Assembly (NCBI GenBank): GCA_013265495.1
Contig: MU061578.1
Location: 1,683,308-1,747,307, forward strand
DNA from: Vicugna vicugna
Taxonomy: Eukaryota
Length of the DNA stretch: 64,000 nucleotides
Reading direction: 5' to 3'
Part shown: positions 23,994 to 36,660 of the stretch, piece by piece
Position numbering within the stretch: the first letter of the stretch is position 1
Layout: each line of letters opens with the position of its first letter
Made by a program: the position numbers and the translations under genes
The notes under the pieces: generated by a model
Databases searched by the model: none
What the model saw: the letters and a program-made list of their open reading frames with translations, nothing else
What the model was told of the DNA's origin: nothing

Positions 23994-26599
23994 CCCCCAC
24001 AACTTTTCCTATAAGCTTTGTATCTACTAAAAAAAAAAAAAACCTCCTGAAATAAATGTTTGGGACATTATAATAATTGAATAATTAACTATAAAGGTTT
24101 CCAGGTAGAGCACTGTGTGTTGAGAACAGACTTGCAAAGCTTTCTTTCTTTCTTTTATTTAGTTCTGGGCAAGCGGGGGTCAGGGAGATACAGCACGCAT
24201 ACCGAATTGTCAGGACAGCTATCTCATCGTATACGATTTAATTCAAATACATTAAATAATGCATAATCAAAATTTTTCCATGCCTTTATCCACTCCTGTT
24301 TACTATTGCTCATAATATGTGTAAACACTCGACTCTGCATGAAAATGAAGGCAAACAAATAGGACAAAGACGTGGACCCACAAATATGTACAAAACACCT
24401 AACACGTTCTCACATTTTGAAGGTTCCAAGTCTACCACAAAATCAAGTCTCAGGTGTGAAAATCTTTAAGGGTCCACGTCTTGCTTCCCTACGTAGTTTT
24501 ATGTTTGTCAGAAAATCAACACAAAATGGGGATTAAAGTCTCATAAAAGGACTTTGATTTTATTTCCATTAGACTTCCCCTCAAAGAACTTATTGGAGAC
24601 TGACACGTGTGAAATTTTTCAAATATAGCTGAAACTAAACATAAATAAAGATTTAATTAATAATAACGAGGTTTGATTATTATTTCATAAGTGTCCTTCC
24701 TCTTTTGCCCCGCCCCAAGTTCTACTTCTCTGGTACTGCAACTTTGCTCAAAACCTAATATAAAAATTATAAGTTTAGACAGAAACGAAGACCAAAACTG
24801 TCTTTCCTGGGACATTATAATAGTGGTTTGGCTCCAGACTGACACCCAACCAAGTTCTCTGTAATTAAGCAGAAAACGGTAAGGAACACATACTCTGATT
24901 CTCATGTAATATTCTCAAAATACAGCCACACAGTCTCAGAATCTCACAGCTGTAATTCAGAGGAAGGCAATTGTTGCCAAAAGTCCTCTACCTGAAATCT
25001 ACTTCAACCTTTGTGTTATACTTACGGAGAGAGAAAAAAATTGGAAAAAAAGAAAGACACTATTTTTGTGATACTTTAATGAGCTGGCCCGTAAGTCAAG
25101 GCTGATAGCTCTTTCTACTAAACCCAAGCAAATACAGATTCAAATGAATCCAGATTCTAAACTTAAGTCAGGTAATAGGGAAAAGAGAAGTTTGAGGGAC
25201 AAGGTTACAATAGATAAACGTACAAATACGCAATAAAGTTATAACAGGCAAAGTGCGCTGTTGTAAACATCTATCCCTTTTTCATACAACAGAGAAAAGA
25301 CTCAGCTCTGTTCATGTTAAAGGCATTCTGCAAGCGTCTCTTTGCTTGGTTAAAGTGAAATGTCCAGAAAAGTTTGAAGTAAGATTAGTGCAGCATGGAT
25401 CGCCTGATATTAATCCGTGTGCAGGAGCAGAGATCCCAAAAAAGAAAAAGAGAACCAGCTGTCGATTACCCTTCAGGGTGCAAAACGTTTGTTAAGATAA
25501 ACACACAGTAGTGAGACGATACCTGAAAATCTTTCTGTGTTTGGGTACAAAATTAAGGAAAGACAGATGGAAAGAAATACAGGTGGATGGGGAGAGGAAG
25601 GAAGGGAGGAAAGAGGGAGGAAGGAACGGAGGGAGGGCAAAGGAGGAGGATTAAGAAAGAGCCAGAGGGAACCTTCCCCGTAGGTAAGACTTTCACCAAC
25701 TCTTCAGAGAAGCAATTTTCTCTGTATTCTAATACAGAGGACGCATCAGTGTGTGTGTGTAGAGTGTGAGTGGGCAGACAGGGTTTGAAAAATCCTGCTT
25801 CTTATGAGAAAATTATGAATGCTGCCTGCCTTCCCGGAGAGCGTCAGTGTAAACAGCTATCACCACTGGCTTTACTTCCTTGAACAACAACCCTCTTCAA
25901 ACTTAATCACGGCAAACCACAAAGGCAAGTTACTCCACATCACAAAGACATCTACTCATGCCCTTTGGATTTCCTAAGACACATTTCCGTCAAAAAGAGA
26001 GAACACAGCTGAGAAAGACTTTATAGTCTTGAACCAAACATTTACTACCCAGCTACCCACCCCCCCAAAAAGGATGACATAATCATTTTGACTGCCTCCA
26101 TTATAAACCACATTCATGTCCCTGTGACCAAAATTAAAACCGTATAAACAATGAGTAAATCGTGAGATATTTAAAGCTAATCAGAAAGTGACTCCTTGAA
26201 CGGGTAATTTAATGAACAGTTTACTAAGATGATTTTGCCAACAGAACTTTTGGATTCAGAATTCCTCTTGGGCCTCTCTGAAGTAGAGGAGGGGCACACC
26301 TCTTTGTCAACAGAAATAAGTAACACGACCAGTTTCACTGTAATCTGAAAATAATGGTTAGAGGGACAGGTTGAGACGGAGGTTTCTAGGTGCTCCTTCT
26401 AGGCTGATAAATGTATTCCACGCTTTGTCTATTTTTTTTTTAAGCTTGAATGTTAATTCCATCACTTTGAAAGGCAACGCACATTTCCCCCACTGGATCT
26501 CTCAAGAAGGGCGACTCCTGTTTCATTTAATAAAATAGTCCAGAGCTTATTTCTCAAGCCAAAGCCTTTCTGGGATTTACTCCCTCTTCCCTGGAATCT

Positions 26600-28070
26600 G
26601 GAAAAGCAGAGGAGAGAGAGTACCCCGGCGCAACTAGCACGGTAGACATGTCTGCACAAATCTGAAAGGCATCTCCCCGCGCGCGCACGCACACACACAC
26701 ACACACACATGCCCCCGCGGAACGTGAGCGTGCCAACTTTCCAAATGCACGGTCCATCTGGCCAGGCATTTCACAAGCCTCTCATTTGAAGAACCGCGCA
26801 GCTCTTGCAAAACCCCTGCTAGCCTATTGGGACTTGGACGCCGTTTCTTATAAACGCTTATTCATCTCTGGAAATAAAGTTAAACGGAGCCAATGAGCAT
26901 GGGCAATGAAGTTCCCCACCAACTTCTAGTCAGCACAGAAAATCCATTCGTCCCCGGGGCTCTCCAGTCGCTCCGAACGCCCCTCGCCCTGTCCAGGTGC
27001 TCAGCGCCCCTGGGTGTGCCCCGGGCGCGCCTGAGCCCTGCCTCCCAGGTCCCCGGGGCTGGCCTTACGTACCGAGGCTCATTCACGCGCGGCCAGTGCA
27101 CCCGCAGCCTTCTATCCCGGCCCGGCTCTGCCCGGATTCCATCCGCCGCCAAGTCCCTATTCTGAGCAGCAGCCCCGGAGGCGCACACGCCGCCTCCCGC
27201 TCTGCGTGAACGTTGGGCAGCGGCTGACGGCGGCTCCTCTGCCACAGGCAGCCCAAAATGTCAATTTGCACACTCCTCCCCCCTGTCGCCCGCCCCCGAT
27301 CCCCGTCCCTCTTCTACCCCCTCCCGCGAGTCAGTGGGCTTCAGGAAAGCTCGGCAGACGCTGCCTGCTCTCCATCCCTGCTCTCCCTCGCTGCCTCCCT
27401 TCCCCTGACAGTGCTCAGAGCCGTCTTCTCTCGCCTTACCTGAAGGGCATCTCCCACGACTGCAATTAGCTGCCAGGATTTCATTGTCGGCTGCAAAGTG
27501 CCTCCTGTTTCCTCCCCGGGAGAACACGGGAGAAGTCCGAGGCTCCAGCCAGCGGCACCCACGTGCTAGCAATGTAAATGACTCCAGTCATCTGTCGTGC
27601 GCGCCGAGCCCGCGCTCGCCCGGCCGCCTGGCAGCCTGACACCGCCGCCGGCAGGTGCGGAGCGCGCGGGGAGCGAGCGCGAGCGAGCGAGCGAGCGAGC
27701 AGCCCGAGCGAGTCAGCAATCAACGCGGAGACGCACACAAAGGGAGGCCGCCGAGGTGCCGGGGACGCTGCCGCGCCCGAGCCCAGCTGCCCGGGCAGCC
27801 TCGGCAACACTCGCCAAATTGGATGCCCAATGTTTCTGCAAAGTCTTGCAGCCCGGGGACGGCGGTGGTTGCCGAGGCTGTGTGGGTCCTGCCTCCAAGC
27901 TTCCCCAAGCGCTTGCAAAAGCACGGAGCTGGCGGCGGTCTCTCGCGTCTCTCCCTCGCTCGCTCGCTCGCTCGCTGTCCTGCACGTGTCCCCTTCCCTT
28001 GTTCTTTCAAGCATTAAATATGTACCACATGACAGAATAGGGCACCTTGCACGGTCCTCCGAGTCCACAC
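26600..28070. promoter_or_regulatory. CpG island promoter of a minus-strand gene
   Basis: Abrupt rise in GC and CpG density. CACGTG E-boxes at 27560-27565 and 27983-27988, a minus-strand TATTTAAT at 28013-28020, a strong donor at 27440, and no recognisable TEs. Confidence 0.9.
27440..27990 (-). other. Putative first exon of an unidentified gene (mostly 5' UTR; 5' boundary estimated)
   Basis: Ends at CAG|GTAAGG (exon end 27440). Two ATGs precede the donor: 27484 (MKSWQLIAVVGDALQ, phase 0) and 27450 (MPF+AG, phase 2). TSS inferred from the TATA-like element. Confidence 0.6.
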
Positions 28071-29829
28071 TTGACAACCAATTTTAACTCACGAGCAGTG
28101 AAATGTCTAAAGGCAGGATATAAGCACTTCCAATTACTTACACTACTGCTGCATTATTCAAAATGTCCACGGGACGGTATTTATGACTTCCAATATGCTA
28201 CTTCCCATATAAATACTAGTAAAAAATACCACTCCCTTCCCCCAGCGCGGCTGCTCAGCTTTCCTCAGTGTTTCCTCCCAGAAGCGGTTCGACTTTTTTT
28301 TTTTTTTCAGTAGTTAAAGCTTTGTGGTCGTAAATCTTCTTACACATTATGCAGTCAAAGAGGATGCTCTGAAGTCCCAGCCTGCTTTGAGGAGGGAAGT
28401 AGGTGCCATGTCCTCTTGAACTCCAGAGATCACTTTCTAAAATGTATTTACCTTGAATAATAGTGGAATCAAAATAAATTTCCCATTTTTCCCCCCTGAA
28501 AGTCCTCACACATATGTATTTTTGACTTACATGGAATGAGTTACACAAGGTTCTACCTAGTCCTAGCCAAGCTATCCCCAGTCTCAGCCGTAGCTTTAGC
28601 TAAAGATCAAACCATCTCTTGCTGGGTAAGTGAGTCTTGATTCTACTTTTTTCTTCGATCAAAACTGCAGGCTACATGCACTGAGATGGCCTTGATTCTT
28701 CAAGCAACCATCCATTGAATAGGAGGGCTCTGTATGTGGGAGAGAATTTCATAGAGATATACTCTATTTGATTAACAGTGAAATAATCATTGCTTTCCTG
28801 TGCCAACTTCTTGGAGAGTTTATGTTAGCTAAAGGCCTTGTGCACCAACTGATTTGGATTTTATATATTGGTAAGCACATTTTAAAATGCTAATAAGTCT
28901 TTCAAATATTTATTTTCACATTTATTACACAGCTCCACAACCAGAGGCAATATTTCCAGGGCTTTTTTTTTTTCTTTGAACATGCCAAGTCCTTACATAA
29001 CCACCATCCATCTCTGTCACACCAGTAACAAAATGAGGAAAGTTTTTTTTTTTCCTGTTTCTAGGCATTAAGGGCATTTTTAAATACTGCGTTCATATAG
29101 TGTTCAACTTGCTCCTTGTGAAGTTAAGAAAAGTTTATGTGTGTTTTTTCTGCCTGCATTTCTCGGGGGCAGTAGCATTGAAAGGCTCCTAAGAGGACAT
29201 TAGGTAAAACTTTTTCAGTAAGGATGTCATGCAAAATACACAACACTCCTTGATTAACAGTTAACCCCTAATGTAGGTACATACTATCCTCTGGACATGG
29301 TCTGCAATGACATCAGGGTAAGTGGCAAAAAGTTTCTAGACCATTAGCTTAACCAGAACCCTGTGTTACTGGAGAGAGACACACATATAGAGAATTCTTA
29401 TCACAGCCTAAACGAGTATTCTCAGTGGAGTAATTTGATTCACAAATCAGTTCACAAAAGCAAGGTTATTCGAAGTTAAGGATGGGGGGGCGGTGGAGAG
29501 ACAGCAAAGCCTAATTAGAACCCCATTGTCCCTGTGTTCCCTGGCACATATGGCCATTTAATCACAGAGTGTGACAACCTTGGCAGATGTTGCCAAACCT
29601 GGTTATTGATATAAATTGCTATTCTCTTGTGTAAGGGCCCCGGCAAAGAGTTAAAACAATGTCTGCACTCACCCAAAGGGACACACAGGTTCGCGCTAGC
29701 ATCTGTGGTAACAAGACAAGACGGTGCAGAGCTAAGGCTGTTTCCTTGTTCTCGCTCCATAAGGGAAACAGCGATGGAGGAAACCCTCAAGCCAAGAAGG
29801 AGAGGAAGTCTCCTTGTGGGAGGGTAAGT

Positions 29830-30330
29830 GGGTACTGCCCCTCTGGAAACGGACTCACTGGTATCTATTAACACGAGAAGTGTGCACACCCAACAAGCAC
29901 CTGTTCTGCTGCTAATGTCCACCCCGATGAAAAATATACACAAGTGCTCATGGGGATCGACGCACCACTGCTTGTAATTGGAAAAAAGTGACAAACTAAA
30001 TACCCACTGGCATACAAAATACGACCTATCCTATGATGGAATACTATAGAGCAGTGAAAAGAACTAACTAAAGCTATGTGGAAATAATCTATAGCTAGAC
30101 AGACACAGACAGGTACAGACAGAGGTTAAGTTATCCATGCATACTACGTAGAACAACTATTACACATAAATATTTTAGCAAACATTCTGCTGAGATGAAA
30201 TCTGTTTCAGATACATGGATTTCATCCATACAATATGGTACCATTTATGGAAGGAAATGCACAAATGAAATAATATTATGGCTTATCCATAGATGAAGAA
30301 ATCTTCCTGAATGTATAGAAAAAGACACAG
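29830..30330 (+). mobile_element. Ancient L1 (L1ME-like) 3' region
   Basis: cactgcttgtaattggaaaaaag...gatggaatactatagagcagtgaaaagaac. Confidence 0.6.
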
Positions 30331-30333
30331 GAC

Positions 30334-30664
30334 GGGGGCTGACCTGCGACAGCCCCTGAGCCAAATGCAGCCGCTGCCTGTTTGAGTACAGCCCACTAGC
30401 CAAAATGGTTTTTATATTTTAAGTATTTAGAAGCATTCAAGGACAACGACTTTATGAAATGTGAAAACGTAGAAAATCCAAATGTCAGTGTCTGTGAATG
30501 AAGTTTTATCGGAACACGACGATGTCTGTTTGCTTCCACGCTGCGGAAACCAGCTTTCGCTCCAAGAACCAGAGAGCTGAGTGGTTATGACAGAGACCCA
30601 ACGGCCCACAGAGCCTAAAACATTTCCTCTCGGGCCTTTTACAGAACAAATGTGCTGACCCCTG
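30334..30664 (+). mobile_element. MER58B-like hAT-Charlie element
   Basis: gccaaatgcagccgctgcctgttt...aatggtttttatatttt...aagttttatcggaacac...ggccttttacagaacaaatgtgctgacccctg. Confidence 0.85.
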
Positions 30665-33257
30665 GCCTGGAAGAACGGCCCGGAGTCATAATTGCGTTAT
30701 CTCCAGGGAAAGACAGAGGAGAGGCTCCTGTCGGAGGCCGAGGTTGAGAGAACTCCAGGGCTCCTTTTAAGAGGCCATTTACATACTTCCGTTTTCGACT
30801 TCTATAAAAGGTAACGTGTGTGTTACATGTACATAAAGCTTTGAAAGATATACAGATATATATGCATACATATACTTACATACACACATATAACCTACAA
30901 TTTATTTTAATTGTAAAGCATATGTGCATATATGTGTATGTGTATAAACATACACACAGATACCTTTTTAATTAAGTCTGTATGTGTACAAAACCTTTAA
31001 AGATATACACTTACATACATACATACATATATACATACGAACATATATATATGGTTTGTTTTGACTATAAAGAAAATGTGTATTCCATTTTTGCGTATGT
31101 GGGTGTCTATACACACATGTATAGATACATAGACTTGGAGAAAATCATTCAAAATGGGCAGTTCCTGGTGGTAGAAATATGATGCTTATTATCTTCTTCT
31201 TTGTTATTTCAGGTAGTTGTCAGTTTTCCAAAGAGACAAAAATGTAAGAGAATGGTGGACACCCCGGCCACGTGAGTGGTGACAACTGTCACTGTGCCAA
31301 TATCATTTTTCTCACCCAGAAACTGTCTTTTCTCTTCAAATGTTGAATGATAAAATCTTTTTTAAAAAAACATCCAGGTTTGGCTCACGCTCACCTAACA
31401 TTTCTGGAAAACTCCAGTGTCTAATTGCTTCTTAGAGGGGGAAAAATTGCTAAGCCTCAATGCACTAAAGATTTTCATAAAAATCAATCTTATCCTTGAA
31501 GTAAAATGCGACACAGATTATCCTTTCTGCTAGAAGTTATGGTAATGACCTCCTGAGAAACGCCTCACCATACAGGCATATTGCCTCTTTACCAGTTTGA
31601 AAATATGTTCCCATAGAAAGGCACGAAGCAGGTACCAGCTGAAGAAAAAAAGGAAAATGACATAGCAACCACACTGGTGCTTTGCAGGGTTAGGACAGTG
31701 GGACCTGATGATTTCCTTCGTCCTGACATCGAATAATCCCGTGGCATCAGGAAAGGTGAGCTTAATGAGGCGTATTCCGGTGGGGGAGGGTGGGACCGAC
31801 AGCGGACTTGTGGTTATATTCCTAAATGGGTTCCATTAGCTCAACACTGGTTGCTGGTAAATGACTGCATTTCCTAATAGACAAATACATGAATCACCTG
31901 GACATCTTTGAGAAGCCTGCTCTGTGGAATGGTTCACCTTACAGCTTCAGACTAGGACCGAGTGAATGGCCTTCTCTAATGAAGCTTAGCAGACTTTTTT
32001 CGAGCAAGAAACAGAATTATTGCAACTGAACGTTCATCCCTCCCCCTATAATTCAGCACGCACACATAACTGCACCCTTGAGGGGGCGAGCGTCAAGCAC
32101 GTCACGGAGAGCAATTTTTTTTAATAGCATGACAACAAATAAGTATTGTTTTCAATGCTTTTTATCATTATAAAACCAACTCGTGTTTATGGTGGAAAAT
32201 TTTTTAAAAATTGGAAAACCACAGGGGAAGAAAGGTCACTCGTCATGTTACCACCCAAAGAGAGCCACGTGTAATATTTTAGTGCAAATCTGTCTACTTC
32301 AGACATTTTTCACTGTATACATAACTAAAAAAAATCATAAGCACACAAAAGACATTGTATCATAGAAACGAACTGCCTTATCATAGTTTATATGGCTCTT
32401 GGCAATACATTCTGGAAGATTTTCTGCCATAATAAAAAAAAAAGAATGATAACACCAATTCCGGCATGCTGTGATGGTATGTGATTTCTTTTCACTCTAA
32501 GTTAGATAACACTGAAGTGAACATCTTTGTCCACAATGTCACGGGCTTGTCCCTCATTCAATACATCAGGGTAAAATATCGAGTAGTGAAAGTGGTGAGA
32601 CAAAAGGTAGGCAGCATGTTTATTAAGCCTTTGGATGCAAGGAACCAGGGTCTGGGACTGTTACACTGATCCATGTTCCCAGGAGTGCTGTCAAAGAGAA
32701 CCCATCTCACCCTAGGAATAATTTGGGGCCAACTATTTCCTCTTTCAATGGCCATCTCCCTGGCTCAGTTCCCTCTCCCCTCCACCTGCCCCAACTGGGC
32801 CACCACACCACCACCGGCTAAATTTGCATAAACGAGCTCAAACACGGCAAACAAAGGCGGTAATGGGGAGCAATTTCAATCTCAGCTTATTTAACCTAAG
32901 TGGCTAGTAGCTGCCCGTTCGGTCTTAATTGCCTTTTAAACTAAAATCAATGTTAAATTACCTGAACAACAGCTTCTGCACAATTGCAAACTGAAAATTC
33001 TTTAAGTGCCTCCTCAAAAGCCTGGGCTCTTGTTTGGCCAGTTGACAGGAAAAGTCTCTTTCTTCCTCCCATGGCTCCAGCTTTGGGCGGCGGGATGGGA
33101 TTCGAGGGTGGGGGCTCCTGAGGGCACATCCACCCATCGGCTCTGGGACGAGTTGCTCCTTGACATGAATGAACTCTGGATGATGGAAGTTGGGTGACAG
33201 TCTGTCCGCCACCCCTCCCTCCTCCCCTCCCTCCTATCGACAAAGAAAGGCTGAATA

Positions 33258-33789
33258 TATGAATGGAAGATAACCAGGCCCTATAGAAAAACTAGAACTG
33301 GGACCCCAAATCTTCAGCAACCAGCCCAAGAAACTAACTCATATCTAGTCCACAGCCCAGCAAGCCAGCCTGCTAACTAGAAATCAGACGCCCAGGACGT
33401 CAGACCACTAGCTCTAACAAGCAGTTCAGGAAGTCCAACAAAAACCCCTGCAGCAATGGACTCAGCAGGAGCCCTGACTTTCTCTAATTTCTGTCCCCAC
33501 TGCCAGCTTAGGACCAGCCAGAGAAAGTGAAGTACACACCCCTGCCCAGTCACAGAGAAGGTTCTGCTTGACCTCAGTCCCACCGCCAGCTTCTCCAGGC
33601 CAAAACCCCACTCAGGGCATCCCCGAAACCTTCTTCTTCTCCTCTTGTACAGCCCTCCCACTCTGCACAACTTTGAGCTTCTGGCAGAGCACCGGCGACC
33701 GGATGGTGGCGGCCTCCCTCCCTCTGGCGAGGTCTGAGTCACCCGCCTTTGCTTGGTCTTCTTTGGCTGCTCTGTGCTTATGTCCAACA
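33258..33789 (+). mobile_element. ERV1 solo LTR, MER90/MER110-like
   Basis: tgaatggaagataaccaggcc...cagcaaccagcccaagaa...cttaggaccagccagagaaag...gatggtggcggcctccct...gcctttgcttggtc. Confidence 0.75.
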
Positions 33790-33804
33790 ACAGCTGTTTG
33801 TTTT

Positions 33805-33970
33805 CAATACTGTGTTAGGTACACAAGGCGGACAAAGCCCCAGCCCTCCTGGAGCTTACGTTCTCGTGGGAAGACAGACAACAAACAAGAGAATGAGAGA
33901 GTTAGTAGCTGATTTTACCTAGGAAATAAAGCTCGTGATGAGACGGGGAGCCAACGGGAAGGTGCTGTGC
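33805..33970 (-). mobile_element. L2 fragment
   Basis: gccctcctggagcttacgttctcgtgggaagacagacaacaaacaag. Confidence 0.65.
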
Positions 33971-34308
33971 TTAAGGTTCTGAGGTTGCTAGAATTTATTA
34001 TTACGTGGTTCGGCCTCCTGCTTTTGTTTCATTCAAAAAAGTTCTGAGAACGTGCTATCTAACTGGCACCACTGAGCTACAAAACCGACCCGCGAAGGAC
34101 CTCGGAGGCGGGGATGCATGTTCGTTAATAACTTGATCTCATGACCTGCTTCGGGGGAGGCGGGAGTCAGGGGTGGGTCAGAGAGAAAGTAAACAAATAG
34201 GTAGGACCAGAAATGAGATTCTGGCTAAGAACTCAGAGAGCTAAGAGGCAGGTGGAAAGTTTTACTTCCAGATATTACAAGGGGTCTAGGGGCCTTGGAG
34301 CAGAAGAC

Positions 34309-34785
34309 TGGGGAATCCAAAATATGGCATCTTGGCATTTTGACTATTTTAAGCAAAGGAATAGTAATTAGGGACATGGCAGGTGCCAGAAGGGCTTTCT
34401 CTCTGACCTCCCCCAGCCCACCGCCCCTGAAGCAGGTCATGAGACCTCAGGCGAGAGGTCCTTTTCTCCCAAGAAGCAGGGATGCTGAGAGGAATCAAAA
34501 TGAACAGGTCTTGCTAGACTCGCCCTGGCTTCCCATCCTTGGTTCATATCCTTCTGTCTTATCGTTTCTTTCCCATGACTGTCCACTCTTTATCAAACCT
34601 AATATAAAATGCTCAGGCTTCTTCAAGTCTTCATTTCCTTGAGAAGTCTCCAGTGTCACTTAAAACGTACATTCAATAAATCTGTATGCTTTTCTCTTGT
34701 TCATCTGCCTTTTGTCAGTCTAATTTACAGGGACCCAGTCGGAGAACTTAACATGGGTAGAAGGAAAGACTTTGCCTCCCGTACA
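34309..34785 (+). mobile_element. ERV1 solo LTR, MER34/MER39-like
   Basis: ccaaaatatggcatcttggcattttgactattttaagc start, TATAAAA at 34603, AATAAA at 34675, ends ...cctcccgtaca. Confidence 0.75.
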
Positions 34786-35665
34786 ATGAGGAGAGAGACA
34801 GGTTATCCTTGGCATTTCTTAAGGTTATACCAGCATGCAGTGTGTAGAGATGGAAGAGGTTTGCTTGGGGATATCCCTAAATGATCCTGCTGTCTTCTGT
34901 AGGATAATTTCCCCTTGACTTGCCTAATCTGGAAACTGGATAAACAGTGTGGAGAACAGAAAGCCAAAACTGAGATTACCAATCACTCTGTTCCTCAAAT
35001 CCTCTCACCCTACAATGGAAAAAAGGAGATACAACAGGACTCAATTGTGTCTGGTCCAGGACAGAATGGGGGCAGAAATCCCACAGGCTTGAAGGTGGTG
35101 TTTACCTGAGCGTTTAGGGGCTGGAAAGGCTGGTTAAGTCACAGTCCTTCCTAGAAAGACTTCTGGAATTGAGAAAGGATGGCGTGGTGAGCTCCAACAG
35201 CAGGACTCTGGCCCAGAGAAAGACAGAGATGGGGAGAGTGGTTGCCTTGGTCACCAAAAGCTTTCTTCCTTACTTCTCTATTCCTTCCCTTCCCCTATGT
35301 GCTTCCAATGCAAGCAGACTTCCCACGAGGTCCCAACCCCTCTCTCCATCTCTGCTACACTCTACAGACACAGCCGGGATTGCACAGGACATGGCCAGCC
35401 TGCAAAGGAGTCCCCAGATCCCTCAGCTTTGTAGAAAAGCAGTATGTCCCAATGCTGAGATGAATACACCTCTACCCTGTGTCTCATGATCTTTCATGAA
35501 GCAGAGCTGGTGGACCAGCCGGTTGGAAATGCAATTTAAACACTGAGTGCTGAAATACATACGAATTCTCCAACACTAGAGGTTTGGTTAGTTTTTAATT
35601 TTTTTTTCTTTCCAGTTGTAAGCATGAAGATGTCTTTCTGTCTAAGAATGTCATTAAAAATATAA

Positions 35666-36660
35666 TTGATTCATTCATTCTTTTGTGAGTGCCCGATGAA
35701 TTCCAAAACTGTTGCCAAGCCTGGAGATGCAGAGTTGAAACAGTCTATTGAAGAAGGCAGACACAAATATTACAATATAAAATAGTACATAATTACTGGA
35801 GTAAGTGACACAGAGTAAAATGTGCTAAGTTTCTGCTGGGAGAGGAGGCTGCTTGCTCTGCCTAAGGGCAGAAGGCAGATTTCAGAGAATTGACTAAGAT
35901 GGTGATGCTCGGATTGGGTTTTAAAGGAGGCATCAGAGTTTGTTCAACTGAGTCATGACAGAAAGGCATTTTAACCAGAGGAAACAATTGAAGCAAAGAA
36001 ACAGAGGTGTGACTAGGTGAGTTGATGGACAGGGTGAATGTCCAGGCAGGAAAAGCAGGCACAGGTCAGATAACACAGGGCCCGTGTGTCTTTCTAAGGA
36101 GTTCAAGTGAAGTGGAACAGCCAGTAGGAAGGTCGCTCCTTTTGGAAGGTGGGAATGCACCACAGGAAGCTGGGGGATCCGTTAGAGATTCTTCCATTAT
36201 ATCTGAGGCCAAAAGACCATGAGGGTTTGCACAGATGAAGACATGGTAGGGAGGAGTAATGGAAAGAAAGGATTTGGTAAATATTTCATAAACAGAATTG
36301 ATAGGACGTGTTGAATGACCAGAAGATACATGTGGGTAGGGATGACTTGGGGGTAGGTCGGAAGGACTAAAAGAGGCCAAAAAGTCAAGATCAACTCATA
36401 GAGCTGGTATAAGTCATTGACTGGGTGGTGCCACCAATGACCAAGTTCAGGAGCATCAGATAAAGATCTGGGAAAGATAAGAGGCCCACGTTGAGTTAGA
36501 TGTGGCTGTAGACCCTCCAGATGGAACTGTCCAAGAGGCAACTGGAGTGATGGGTCTGGGACTCCAGAGAGGCTGGAGACCATCCGGAATTCATGAGCAG
36601 AGACACAGACTATCTTGGAAGAGTAGGCAGACACTGATATTTGATACTATTCATGTCCAA
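35666..36660 (-). mobile_element. L2 LINE
   Basis: Starts at the L2 tail (ttcattcattc...gagtgcc...ctggagatgcagag) and continues with gaggaaacaattgaagcaaag...gttgagttagatgtggctgtagac. Confidence 0.8.

Noticed and set aside
1..27439. L1 orientation bias as evidence for gene strand
   Set aside because: L1 copies occur in both orientations in similar numbers.
27481..28087. Overlapping 120-198-aa ORFs on both strands
   Set aside because: GC-rich, stop-poor CpG island plus microsatellite translation (ARSL/ASER repeats).
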